From assembly GCA_949292525.1 (NCBI GenBank), contig CASEZJ010000003.1, forward strand, positions 7,594 to 71,593: a stretch of DNA of 64,000 nucleotides, given 5' to 3'. Source of the stretch: an uncultured bacterium. GTDB taxonomy: Bacteria > Bacillota_I > Bacilli_A > Acholeplasmatales > Anaeroplasmataceae. The stretch's first letter is position 1; each line of letters begins with the position of its first letter. The notes under the pieces are model-generated. The model ran no database searches, was not told where the DNA came from, and was given only the letters and a program-made list of their open reading frames with translations. A program made the position numbers and the translations under genes. This document shows, one piece after another, positions 1-9,228 of this stretch.

Positions 1-1
1 A

Positions 2-496
2 GATCAATTTGGCAATAAAACAGGTAAAATAGTTAATCGTGGAATTCCGCTACAAGATGGCGAATATATGGGGATTGTTACTATAATTTTAATTAATAAA
101 GATGGTAAAATATTAGTAACTAAAAGACACCCAAATAAGGCCCCGGGTTTGATGTGGGAAGTTACAGGTGGCGGAATCTTAGCTCATGAAAATTCTGATT
201 CAGCAGCTGTAAGAGAATTAAAAGAAGAAACAGGAATAGCTATTGAACAATCAGAATTAATAAAGCTTAGAACAATAATAAACAGTATGTTTTATTTTTA
301 TCAATATCTAGTAATATTAGATAGGGATGTTAATTTAAAATTAGGTGAAGAAGAAGTTATTGATTATAATTTCTTAAGTATTGAAGACTTCTTTAATTTT
401 ATTAAAAGTCCTAAATTCATCAGTTACATAGGTGAAAGAATTACGGATGTTAAATCAGAAATAGAGACAATCTATAATGAACATTTTAGGAGATGA
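2..496 (+). CDS. NUDIX hydrolase (5' end runs off the window)
   Basis: Nudix box GGGILAHENSDSAAVRELKEETGI is present. The frame stays open from base 2 (DQFGNKTGKIVNRGIPLQDGEY...), so the ATG at 68 in the ORF track is probably internal. Confidence 0.8.
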   Translation, partial: DQFGNKTGKIVNRGIPLQDGEYMGIVTIILINKDGKILVTKRHPNKAPGLMWEVTGGGILAHENSDSAAVRELKEETGIAIEQSELIKLRTIINSMFYFYQYLVILDRDVNLKLGEEEVIDYNFLSIEDFFNFIKSPKFISYIGERITDVKSEIETIYNEHFRR

Positions 497-1175
497 GCTT
501 TTGAACAAAATTTTTAATTATAAGAATTTTTATGAAATTTTAGCTATAGTTATTGGTTTTATAGCACTAGTTATAATTAGTATTTATATTTATAAGGAAC
601 CGACTATTAATCCGATTGATTTAACAATTAGAGATGCAATGTATAAATTCAGAGGTGAAAAATATGGCTTTTGGTATTTTGTTTTCCGATTAATAACGGA
701 ATTTGGTTTCTTTTATTTTGTGGTGTTAATTGCTATTATAGTAGGTATATCTGTTAGATTTGATCGAAGATTTTGGCTTTTATGTATAGCTACTTTAGTT
801 ACTTATGTAGCTAATGAATCAATAAAATTCATATTTTTAAGAGAAAGACCGATTGCCGAATTACAGTGGATGCACGAAAGTTCAACCTCATTTCCTTCCG
901 GTCATTCGATGGTTTCGGTTGTGTTTTATGGCATAATAATGTATTACATTTATGACAGCTTATATTTTAATGCTAAACAAAAGAAGATCTGGATTGCTAG
1001 TATTAGTGTTTTAATTCTCTTGATAGGATTTTCAAGATTAGTTTTAGGTGTACATTATTTTTTGGATGTGTTAGGTGGTTATGCCTTTGGGGTTGTTATC
1101 GTTGCAATAATAATTTTATTTTATAAAGTTAAATTAAGATTACCTAATATTGAGATAAAGAAAAAGCAAGCTTAA
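477..1175 (+). CDS. PAP2-family membrane phosphatase (BcrC/PgpB-like)
   Basis: All three PAP2 motifs are present: KFIFLRERP, SFPSGHS and SRLVLGVHYFLDVLGG. It has multiple hydrophobic helices and overlaps the upstream gene by 20 nt. Confidence 0.8.
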   Translation: MNILGDELLNKIFNYKNFYEILAIVIGFIALVIISIYIYKEPTINPIDLTIRDAMYKFRGEKYGFWYFVFRLITEFGFFYFVVLIAIIVGISVRFDRRFWLLCIATLVTYVANESIKFIFLRERPIAELQWMHESSTSFPSGHSMVSVVFYGIIMYYIYDSLYFNAKQKKIWIASISVLILLIGFSRLVLGVHYFLDVLGGYAFGVVIVAIIILFYKVKLRLPNIEIKKKQA

Positions 1176-1190
1176 CGGCTTGCTTTTTTA
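1161..1190. terminator. bidirectional rho-independent terminator between convergent genes
   Basis: The stem is AGCAAGC-(loop TTAACG)-GCTTGCT. An A-run lies on one side and a T-run on the other. Confidence 0.6.
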
Positions 1191-1445
1191 AAAATATAAC
1201 ATCATATCAAAGAAAATTAAACCAATAAAGAGAATAATAGTAATGAAAATATAAAAATTATTACTAGATGTTTTAATATAAAATAAAGAAATAATTAAAG
1301 GAATAAAACCTAAAGCACCTAAAACGGCAGCAAAATATCTAGTATCAGCAAAAAACATTAAAATTATGGCAATAACTTCAATTAGGCTAGAAGATAAAGC
1401 TAGATAATTAGTTTTTTTATCTGAATTATTAGTAAAGAGTAACAC
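1188..1445 (-). CDS. small hydrophobic membrane protein, unknown function
   Basis: This 85-aa ORF has 3 predicted TM segments. It ends at the bidirectional terminator, and its start codon abuts the stop of the upstream dehydratase-like gene. Confidence 0.4.
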   Translation of the reverse strand: MLLFTNNSDKKTNYLALSSSLIEVIAIILMFFADTRYFAAVLGALGFIPLIISLFYIKTSSNNFYIFITIILFIGLIFFDMMLYF

Positions 1446-2704
1446 TATATTTGCGCCTTATCAGTTGGTTTAATATTTTCTTTAGCAATGCTTAGCATTA
1501 ATTTTATTCTATTTTCTTGGTTTACTCTAGTAGCAGAAGGATCATAATCAATAGCCACTATATTAGCGTCAGGATGAATTTCTTTTATTTTTTTCATAAC
1601 ACCCTTACCACAAATATGATTAGGAAGGCAACCAAATGGTTGAGCACAAATAATGTTGCCATAACCGATTTCAACTAATTCCATCATTTCAGCAGTTAAA
1701 AGCCAACCTTCCCCCATTTTAGTACCATGTGATAAAACACCTTCAGATAATTCTTTTGTTTCTTTAAAATACTTCATTGGGGTGAATTTAGTTGTTTTGA
1801 TAGCCTTGATCATTAAATCTTCGCGTCTTTCTAAATATTTAATAATAAATTTAGCAATATATTTTTTTAATATTCCACTACCATAAATATTATAATCATA
1901 GATTTGATTATAAATACAGTAGAAGATAAAGCCATATAACCCAGGCACCATGGCTTCAGCATTTTGACTGACTAAGAACTCTTCTAAATTATTATTGCCA
2001 AGACCGGCATATTTAATATAGATTTCCCCAACCACTCCGACTTGTGGTTTCTTATGGCTTAGATCTAGTTCTAAGTTATCAAAGTCATGAGCTATTTTGA
2101 ATAAGTTCTTTTTAATGGAGCTTAAAGATAATCCTTTATTTTTATCAAACTGAATAGATAAATCAGCAATCCATTTTTTAGTTAGTTTAGCGGTATCCCC
2201 TTTATTAACTTCATATGATCGAGCTTTATTACGTAGATACATTAAGAAGTCACCATATGTCATGGCAGCAGCAACCTTTTTTATTAAAGTATATGTAATA
2301 GTTAAACCACTATCTTTTTCAAGATTTGAAGCATTTAAACTTACAACAGGTACATAGGGATAACCGGCTTTAATAAGAGCTTTTCTAAGTAAATGGATAT
2401 AATTAGATGCTCTACATCCCCCACCTGTTTGAGTTATTAGAAGAACGACATTGTGAGTATCTTCTCTATGGTTTAATGCATCAATAAATTGTCCTATTAC
2501 CAATAAAGCAGGGTAACAAGTATCATTATGAACATATTTTAATCCCTCTTCAACAACTTCATGTCCTTCGTTATGTAAAACTTCAACTTTATAACCAGAG
2601 CCTTTTAAAGCATTTTCAAATAAAGTCATATGAATATCGAGCATTGAAGGGATTAATATAGTGTGGGTTTTACGCATATCTTTAGTAAATTTAGGATAAT
2701 CCAT
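1445..2704 (-). CDS. 2-hydroxyacyl-CoA dehydratase-related subunit (HgdB/DUF2229-like partner of the activase)
   Basis: This 419-aa ORF sits 3 nt downstream of the BcrAD/BadFG activase gene. It has Cys-containing motifs (GGGCRASNY, AQPFGCLPNH) typical of this family. The family assignment is from memory of the family, not from a search. Confidence 0.65.
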   Translation of the reverse strand: MDYPKFTKDMRKTHTILIPSMLDIHMTLFENALKGSGYKVEVLHNEGHEVVEEGLKYVHNDTCYPALLVIGQFIDALNHREDTHNVVLLITQTGGGCRASNYIHLLRKALIKAGYPYVPVVSLNASNLEKDSGLTITYTLIKKVAAAMTYGDFLMYLRNKARSYEVNKGDTAKLTKKWIADLSIQFDKNKGLSLSSIKKNLFKIAHDFDNLELDLSHKKPQVGVVGEIYIKYAGLGNNNLEEFLVSQNAEAMVPGLYGFIFYCIYNQIYDYNIYGSGILKKYIAKFIIKYLERREDLMIKAIKTTKFTPMKYFKETKELSEGVLSHGTKMGEGWLLTAEMMELVEIGYGNIICAQPFGCLPNHICGKGVMKKIKEIHPDANIVAIDYDPSATRVNQENRIKLMLSIAKENIKPTDKAQI

Positions 2705-2706
2705 GA

Positions 2707-5613
2707 TTATTTATCTCCTTGCTGTTCATCTAAGGCACTAAATAAAGAACGAAGTCTTATTTTTATAGCCCCTAAATTAGTTATTTCATCAATTTTTAAT
2801 TGCGTATATATTTTATCTTTTTCTTCTAAAATAGATTTCACTTCATCAGTTGTAATAGCATCAAGACCACAGCCAAAAGAAACTAATTGGACTAATTCTA
2901 AGTCTTTAGACTTAGCTACATATTTAGCTGCATCATATAATCTAGCGTGATATGTCCATTGATTTAAGACATTAACTTTAGATTTAGGAGTTAAATAACT
3001 AATGCTTTCCTCAGTAACAATTCCAACATCAAAAGTAGAAATCAATTTATCAATTCCGTGGTTTATTTCAGGATCTAAATGATAAGGTCTACCAGCTAAA
3101 ACAATGATTCTTTTATGGTTCAATCGAGCAGTAGTAATGATTTCTTCACCTTTTTCTCTTAGATATGCTAGATGACTAGCATATTCATTATAAGCCGCTT
3201 CAGTAGCTAATTTTAGCTCTTTTTTGGTGATGCCAGTAAAATATTTATTTAAAATTAATGGTATTTTCTTTAGGAACAATTCTTTATTATGAATACCGAT
3301 AAAATCACAAATAAAATTAACGTCTTTAATAGCTTTTACATTATTTAATATTGTTTCAGGGTAATAAGCAACTATCGGACAATTAAAATGATTATCTCCT
3401 TTACCCTCATCAATATTATAAGACATACAAGGGTAGAAAATATTAGTAAAACCATCATTTATTAATTTTTCAATATGACCATGAACTAATTTAGCAGGAT
3501 AACAAACCGTATCAGATGGGATAGTATGCTGACCTAAAGTGTATGTTTTATGATTTGAAAAACCACTATTAACCACTTCAAAACCTAACTTTGTAAAGAA
3601 AGTATACCAAAAAGGCCATAATTCAAACATATTAAGAACAAGAGGAATTCCTATTTTTCCTCTTTTACCTGGAACAGGTTTATAACTTGCTAAACGTTCT
3701 CTAGTAATTTCATAAAGATTCATATTAGTATTTGTAGTTTTTTTAGTAATTGGTTTTTCACATTTATTACCACTAATAAGTCGTGAATTATTAAAAATGT
3801 TAACTGTTAAAAGACAATGATTTTGACATAAACCACAATTAAAGTTTCTAGTTTCATGTTTGAAATTCTTAATTTCAGCTAAAGTTAAAACATTTGATTT
3901 ATTTAATTTTAAACTCTTAGCATATAATGCCGCACCATAAGCACCCATAACACCAGAAATATTTGGGCAAACAACATTGAAGCCTAATTCTTTTTCAAAA
4001 GCTCTTAAAACAGCTTCGTTATAGAAAGTGCCACCTTGAACAACAATATGTTTACCAAGAGAACTAGCAGAAGTAGCTCTAATTACTTTATAAATAGCAT
4101 TTTTAACAACACTTATTGAAAGACCAGCTGAAATGTTGTCGATTGTAGCACCATCTTTTTGAGCTTGTTTAACACTAGAATTCATAAAAACAGTACAACG
4201 GCTACCAAGATCAACAGGTTTTTTAGCCATTAAACCTAATTTAGCAAAATCTTCAATTGAGTAACCTAAAGCATTCGCAAAAGTTTGTAGGAAAGAGCCA
4301 CAACCGGAAGAACAAGCTTCATTTAAGAAAATATTAGAAATAGTTTGGTGTTCTATTTTAAAACATTTAATATCTTGTCCTCCGATATCGATAATAAAAT
4401 CAACATCAGGCATAAACTTTCTAGCAGCGTAGAAATGAGCCATCGTTTCTACTAAACCGCCATCTAATCTAAATGCTGTTTTAGCTAAATCTTCACCATA
4501 ACCAGTTGAGGCAGCACCCCTTATATCGATATTAGGATGTGCTTCATATAATTCTAAAAAGATATCTTTTAAAACATCTATAGGATTACCTTTATTAGGT
4601 AAATATTTAGAATATCTTATATTTAAATCTTCATCCATTAATAGAAATTTTAAAGTTGTTGAACCACTATCTATACCAAGATATAAAGGCCCATTATATT
4701 CATCTAAAGGTAAGGTTGGAACAAAGTCTAAACTATGTCTTTTTCTAAACTCTTCTAATTCGTTTTCATCAGCAAATAATGGCGAATTAAAGGCATAAGT
4801 TGATTTATTTGTATAATTAGAAATTCTGTTTAATAATTCGGTTAAACTACCTGCATCGCTTGCCATTAAGGCCGCACCAATCGCAACATAATATAAAGAA
4901 TTATCAGGACAAATACCTTTAACATTTAAGGCTTTGTCAAAGGCTTGTTGTAATTCTGATAAAAATGTTAAAGGGCCACCTAAATAAGCAACCTTACCAC
5001 TGATTTCTCTACCTTGAGCTAGACCACCAATTGTCTGGTTTACAACAGCTTCAAAAATAGAAGCAGCGATATCAGACTTAGAAGCACCTTGGTTTAAAAG
5101 TGGTTGAATATCGGTTTTAGCAAAAACACCACATCTAGACGCAATAGAATAAATTTTTTGATGTCCTTTTGCGATACCATTTATTTCTGTTATATCTATA
5201 TTCAATAAGGTAGCCATTTGATCGATAAAAGCTCCAGTACCACCAGCACAAGAACCATTCATTCTAACTTCCATACCATTTGTAAGGAAAAGTATTTTAG
5301 CATCTTCACCACCAAGTTCAATAATACAATCAGTTCCAGGGATTAATTTATTAGCCGCAATTCTTGTCGCATAAACTTCTTGTACAAAGTCTACCCCAAT
5401 ACCATCAGCTAAACCCATTCCAGCTGAACCTGAAATAGCAATAGGTGTATTATCTGACACGATATTATTATCTAAAAGATATTGTATTTTTTCGATTAAA
5501 TTATCTTTAATGTGTGAATAATGTCTTTTATAGTCTTTATAAATTATTTGATCATTTTCTAGCACAATACATTTTATAGTAGTTGAACCTATATCTAAAC
5601 CAATTTTCTTCAT
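2707..5613 (-). CDS. double BcrAD/BadFG-type ATPase (CoA-substrate-specific enzyme activase) fused to a dehydratase-related domain
   Basis: It has two ASKHA/activase N-termini (GLDIGSTTIKC and LGIDSGSTTLKF) and a Cys cluster CGLCQNHC. I moved the start to the ATG at 5613 (MKKIGLDIGS), which is preceded by GAGGTGG; the track start at 5637 is a TTG with no RBS. Confidence 0.8.
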   Translation of the reverse strand: MKKIGLDIGSTTIKCIVLENDQIIYKDYKRHYSHIKDNLIEKIQYLLDNNIVSDNTPIAISGSAGMGLADGIGVDFVQEVYATRIAANKLIPGTDCIIELGGEDAKILFLTNGMEVRMNGSCAGGTGAFIDQMATLLNIDITEINGIAKGHQKIYSIASRCGVFAKTDIQPLLNQGASKSDIAASIFEAVVNQTIGGLAQGREISGKVAYLGGPLTFLSELQQAFDKALNVKGICPDNSLYYVAIGAALMASDAGSLTELLNRISNYTNKSTYAFNSPLFADENELEEFRKRHSLDFVPTLPLDEYNGPLYLGIDSGSTTLKFLLMDEDLNIRYSKYLPNKGNPIDVLKDIFLELYEAHPNIDIRGAASTGYGEDLAKTAFRLDGGLVETMAHFYAARKFMPDVDFIIDIGGQDIKCFKIEHQTISNIFLNEACSSGCGSFLQTFANALGYSIEDFAKLGLMAKKPVDLGSRCTVFMNSSVKQAQKDGATIDNISAGLSISVVKNAIYKVIRATSASSLGKHIVVQGGTFYNEAVLRAFEKELGFNVVCPNISGVMGAYGAALYAKSLKLNKSNVLTLAEIKNFKHETRNFNCGLCQNHCLLTVNIFNNSRLISGNKCEKPITKKTTNTNMNLYEITRERLASYKPVPGKRGKIGIPLVLNMFELWPFWYTFFTKLGFEVVNSGFSNHKTYTLGQHTIPSDTVCYPAKLVHGHIEKLINDGFTNIFYPCMSYNIDEGKGDNHFNCPIVAYYPETILNNVKAIKDVNFICDFIGIHNKELFLKKIPLILNKYFTGITKKELKLATEAAYNEYASHLAYLREKGEEIITTARLNHKRIIVLAGRPYHLDPEINHGIDKLISTFDVGIVTEESISYLTPKSKVNVLNQWTYHARLYDAAKYVAKSKDLELVQLVSFGCGLDAITTDEVKSILEEKDKIYTQLKIDEITNLGAIKIRLRSLFSALDEQQGDK

Positions 5614-5811
5614 TAAAAAAACCACCTCACAAAACAAAACTAATTATATTATACAAAGTATAATTAGTCAATTTTAGGGCTTTAAAAAACAATTGTTTTT
5701 TTAATAAATAGGATAAAAAATTGTTGTTTATATAATCACTTTAATGTATAATATTTGCTAGCAGTGAAAAGAAGCAGGTGTTTTATCTGCATAAAATAGA
5801 TGGAGGTATTC

Positions 5812-7488
5812 ATGAAAGGGTTTAAAAAAATAGCTCTAGTTATTATAACAATGCTTACAGTTTTTGTTATAACTTCTTGTAGCGATACAAAAATTAAAAC
5901 AAATTTAAATGTAGCAAGCAGAAATAATAAACTAACACTAGTAGCAACATTTATAGATGAAGATGAAAAAATATTTACTGACTATACACCATATGCCTAT
6001 ATTTATGAAATGGATGGCAATGAAGTTGGAGACCAATTAGAATCATTATCTTTTACATTAGATGATGAATTATCTAGTGGTGATACATTTGTTACTGATG
6101 AACTTGTTTTTGATGATTTAAGTGAAGAAACAAATTATACAATCCGCATTACTTTAACAATTGATGGTAAGAGCGAGACATTATATGAAGCAGTTCATAA
6201 AACTTCTGATCTAGGTACGGAAGAAAACCCAATTGAAATCGCAGCTGGCGATAAAGAAGCCTTCTTAGCTATGGCTGATGATCGTGAAGCATATTATGTT
6301 TTACTTGGTGATATTGATTTTGCGGGTGAAGAAATTGATCCTTTATTCACTTCAACAACTAGACGTTTTGAAGGTGGGTTAGATGGAAATGGATATACTA
6401 TTAAAAATTTTGCTATTTCTTCAAATAATCAATATAATGGTTTATTTGGCGTGAATAACGGGGTTATTAAAAATTTAAAAATTGATAATGAAACAATTAC
6501 AAGTGAAAGAACAAGCGAAATGAATTGTGGTTTACTTGTTGGTTATAACACTGGTATTATTGATAATGTTACAATTTCTAATTCAACTATTGTATCTAAA
6601 TCTACTGCCTACACTTTAACATATAATCAAAATGTTGGTGGTTTAGTAGGGTATTGTGGTACATCTAATGGTAGTACAGAAGTTACAAATTGTTCTTTAA
6701 ATAATGTTAGAGTAGATGCTGCTGTACGTCATCAAGCTAACGTTGGTGGTTTAATTGGTGAAGTTAGTTTAGCTTATTCAGTTAGAAATGCGCAAAAAAT
6801 TGAAAACAATTATGCTAATGTCGGTATTAGAGTAGCTCAAGAAATTAGAGCATCAATTGCTGATGCTGTTGATATTAATATTGGTGGTTTAGTTGGTTTT
6901 TGTGCTTCTGCATTAACAAATTGTGTAGTAGATACAAATATTTCAGCTAGCGAAGAAGAAAATGCTGTAGCTTCAGGTATTACAGTAACAACAACTAAAG
7001 CTGACAGTGCTAATTATGAAAATGGATTTACTGATTATAATTTAGCAGTTGGTGGTGTTGTTGGTAATTCATATAATAATGTTGCGAGACATTTAAGTAA
7101 TATTGCCTTTATCGGTTCATTAGATGTTGCAGCTAGCCCTGTTTATCAAACTTATGTAGCAGGTTTAATTGGAATATTAGGAAATAATATAGAAGTAGAT
7201 CATGCTTTAGTAAATGTGTCATCTTTAAAAATCGTTGGTCCTAAAGCAGCAACTGAAACAAATGAAACTACAGGTGAAGAAGAAACTGAAACTGCTACAT
7301 ATAACTTATATTATGGTTTATTAATAAGTAGTGAAGTTGAGGCAAATTATTACCAAGAAAATAAAATTATATCTTATAATGCTACCCCAACAATTAGTGT
7401 TGATTCAGATTATGTGACAAGCTATGAAGCTTATAATAGTACAGATATTACAAGTTTCAGTGATTTTGTTAAAGGTTATATTAATTAA
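5812..7488 (+). CDS. surface lipoprotein with GLUG-like beta-helix repeats
   Basis: The signal peptide and lipobox VITS|C follow the ATG at 5812, which is preceded by GGAGG. Repeated motifs include GLFGVNNGVIKNL, CGLLVGYNTG, VGGLVGYCG, VGGLIGE, IGGLVGF and VGGVVGN. Confidence 0.75.
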   Translation: MKGFKKIALVIITMLTVFVITSCSDTKIKTNLNVASRNNKLTLVATFIDEDEKIFTDYTPYAYIYEMDGNEVGDQLESLSFTLDDELSSGDTFVTDELVFDDLSEETNYTIRITLTIDGKSETLYEAVHKTSDLGTEENPIEIAAGDKEAFLAMADDREAYYVLLGDIDFAGEEIDPLFTSTTRRFEGGLDGNGYTIKNFAISSNNQYNGLFGVNNGVIKNLKIDNETITSERTSEMNCGLLVGYNTGIIDNVTISNSTIVSKSTAYTLTYNQNVGGLVGYCGTSNGSTEVTNCSLNNVRVDAAVRHQANVGGLIGEVSLAYSVRNAQKIENNYANVGIRVAQEIRASIADAVDINIGGLVGFCASALTNCVVDTNISASEEENAVASGITVTTTKADSANYENGFTDYNLAVGGVVGNSYNNVARHLSNIAFIGSLDVAASPVYQTYVAGLIGILGNNIEVDHALVNVSSLKIVGPKAATETNETTGEEETETATYNLYYGLLISSEVEANYYQENKIISYNATPTISVDSDYVTSYEAYNSTDITSFSDFVKGYIN

Positions 7489-7490
7489 TT

Positions 7491-7512
7491 AAAAGGAGCT
7501 TGGCTCCTTTTT
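7491..7512 (+). terminator. rho-independent terminator
   Basis: The hairpin is AAAAGGAGC-TTG-GCTCCTTTT, followed by a T-run. Confidence 0.6.
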
Positions 7513-7530
7513 AAGCTAAAAGGAGGACAT

Positions 7531-8856
7531 ATGTTACGCTTTTATAATTCATTAACTAACAAAATTGAAGATTTTGTTCCTCTAAAGGATAAAGAAGTAA
7601 ATATTTATGTTTGTGGTCCAACAGTTTATAACTATATTCATATTGGAAATGCTAGACCAGTAGTTTTTTATGATTTAGTAAGAAGATATTTAATATTTTG
7701 TGGATATAATGTGAAATTTGCTTCTAATATTACCGATATTGATGATAAAATAATAAACAAGGCGGAAGAATTAGGCAAAACAGAAAAAGAAATAGCCACT
7801 TATTATGAAAAAGCTTATTTTAATGATACTGATAGATTAAATTCTTTACGCCCGGATTATATTCCACATGCTACAGAATATATTCCTGATATGATCAATT
7901 TTATTGAAGATTTAATTGCCAAAGGATTTGCCTATAATGTTGATGGTGATGTTTATTTTAGAATTGCTAAAATAAATGATTATGGTATTTTATCAAACCA
8001 AGATCAAAAAGAATTAAACGAGGGCGCTAGAGTTGAAGTCGTAGATAAAAAAGAAAATCCATTAGATTTTACATTATGGAAAAAAACTAGCACAGGAATA
8101 AAATGGCCAAGTCCTTTTGGTGAAGGTAGACCAGGCTGGCATACTGAATGCGTAGTGATGATTCATAAATTATTTGGTAATTTAATCGACATTCATGGTG
8201 GTGGTATGGATTTAAAATTCCCACATCATGAAAATGAAATTTGTCAATGTGAAGCTTTATATAAAACTCATCTAGCCAAGAATTTTTTACATGTTGGCCG
8301 AGTTGATTTAAAAGGCGTAAAAATGTCAAAATCTTTAGGTAATTATATCTTTGTTAAAGATTTTGATACATTAGAAAAAATAATGGTTTTACGTTTAATT
8401 TTGTTATTTTCACCATATCGTGCTAATATTAATTATCAAGATGAATTATTTGAACAATATAAAGCGATATATGAAAAATGGCAAAGAGCTTATAAACAAG
8501 CTTATTATTATTTACAAGCTAATGATTTAACTAATAAAGAAATAGATGAAAACATAATTTCTACCTTTAAATCATATATGGATGATGATTTTAATGTTCA
8601 AAATGTTCAAACTTTATTAGATGAACTTGTGAAAAACATTAATCAATTATTTAGAAATAAAGATTATGCTTCATTAAATATTAAACTAAATACATTTATA
8701 ACTATTACGAATGTCTTTGGTATTAATTTTAATGTAAATGAACTAGACGAAGACACTAAGCACATTTATTTATCATGGCAAGAAGCTCGTAATAATAAAG
8801 ACTTTGAGACTGCTGATAAATGGAGAAATGTATTATTAGATAAAGGAATATTATAG
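7531..8856 (+). CDS. cysS: cysteine--tRNA ligase
   Basis: It carries the HIGN motif (YNYIHIGNARP) and the KMSKS motif (VKMSKSLGN). The RBS is AAAGGAGGA, and the gene sits upstream of mrnC as in Bacillus. Confidence 0.95.
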   Translation: MLRFYNSLTNKIEDFVPLKDKEVNIYVCGPTVYNYIHIGNARPVVFYDLVRRYLIFCGYNVKFASNITDIDDKIINKAEELGKTEKEIATYYEKAYFNDTDRLNSLRPDYIPHATEYIPDMINFIEDLIAKGFAYNVDGDVYFRIAKINDYGILSNQDQKELNEGARVEVVDKKENPLDFTLWKKTSTGIKWPSPFGEGRPGWHTECVVMIHKLFGNLIDIHGGGMDLKFPHHENEICQCEALYKTHLAKNFLHVGRVDLKGVKMSKSLGNYIFVKDFDTLEKIMVLRLILLFSPYRANINYQDELFEQYKAIYEKWQRAYKQAYYYLQANDLTNKEIDENIISTFKSYMDDDFNVQNVQTLLDELVKNINQLFRNKDYASLNIKLNTFITITNVFGINFNVNELDEDTKHIYLSWQEARNNKDFETADKWRNVLLDKGIL

Positions 8857-9228
8857 ATGAGTGCTAATTTATATAATGGCTTAACATTAGCTTATGTTGG
8901 CGATGCGATATTTGAAGTTTATATGCGTAATTACGCTTTAGAAAAAGGCTTAGCTAAAGTGAAAAATCTCCATCAATACGTAGTGCCAAAGGTAAGTAAT
9001 AAAGCAGAGGCTAAATATATTAATTATTTAATAGAAAATGATTATTTAAATGAAGATGAAGTTAATATTTTTCTAAAAGGCCGTAATGCTAAAATTCATA
9101 CAGTTCATAAAAACTTAGATGAATATCATGCGGCTACAGGTTTTGAAGCTTTGATTGGTTACCTGTATTTAGAAAAAAAGTTAGATAGATTAGCAGAAAT
9201 TATAAATTTAGTTAAGGAGCTAGTATAA
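8857..9228 (+). CDS. mrnC: Mini-ribonuclease 3
   Basis: This 123-aa ORF has LAYVGDAIFE and HAATGFEALIGYLYL motifs. It abuts the cysS stop, which is the conserved cysS-mrnC synteny. Confidence 0.85.
   Translation: MSANLYNGLTLAYVGDAIFEVYMRNYALEKGLAKVKNLHQYVVPKVSNKAEAKYINYLIENDYLNEDEVNIFLKGRNAKIHTVHKNLDEYHAATGFEALIGYLYLEKKLDRLAEIINLVKELV

Noticed and set aside
7489-7530. A T-box leader upstream of cysS.
   Set aside because: The intergenic spacer is only ~40 nt and is occupied by a terminator and the RBS. There is no room for a ~200-nt T-box.
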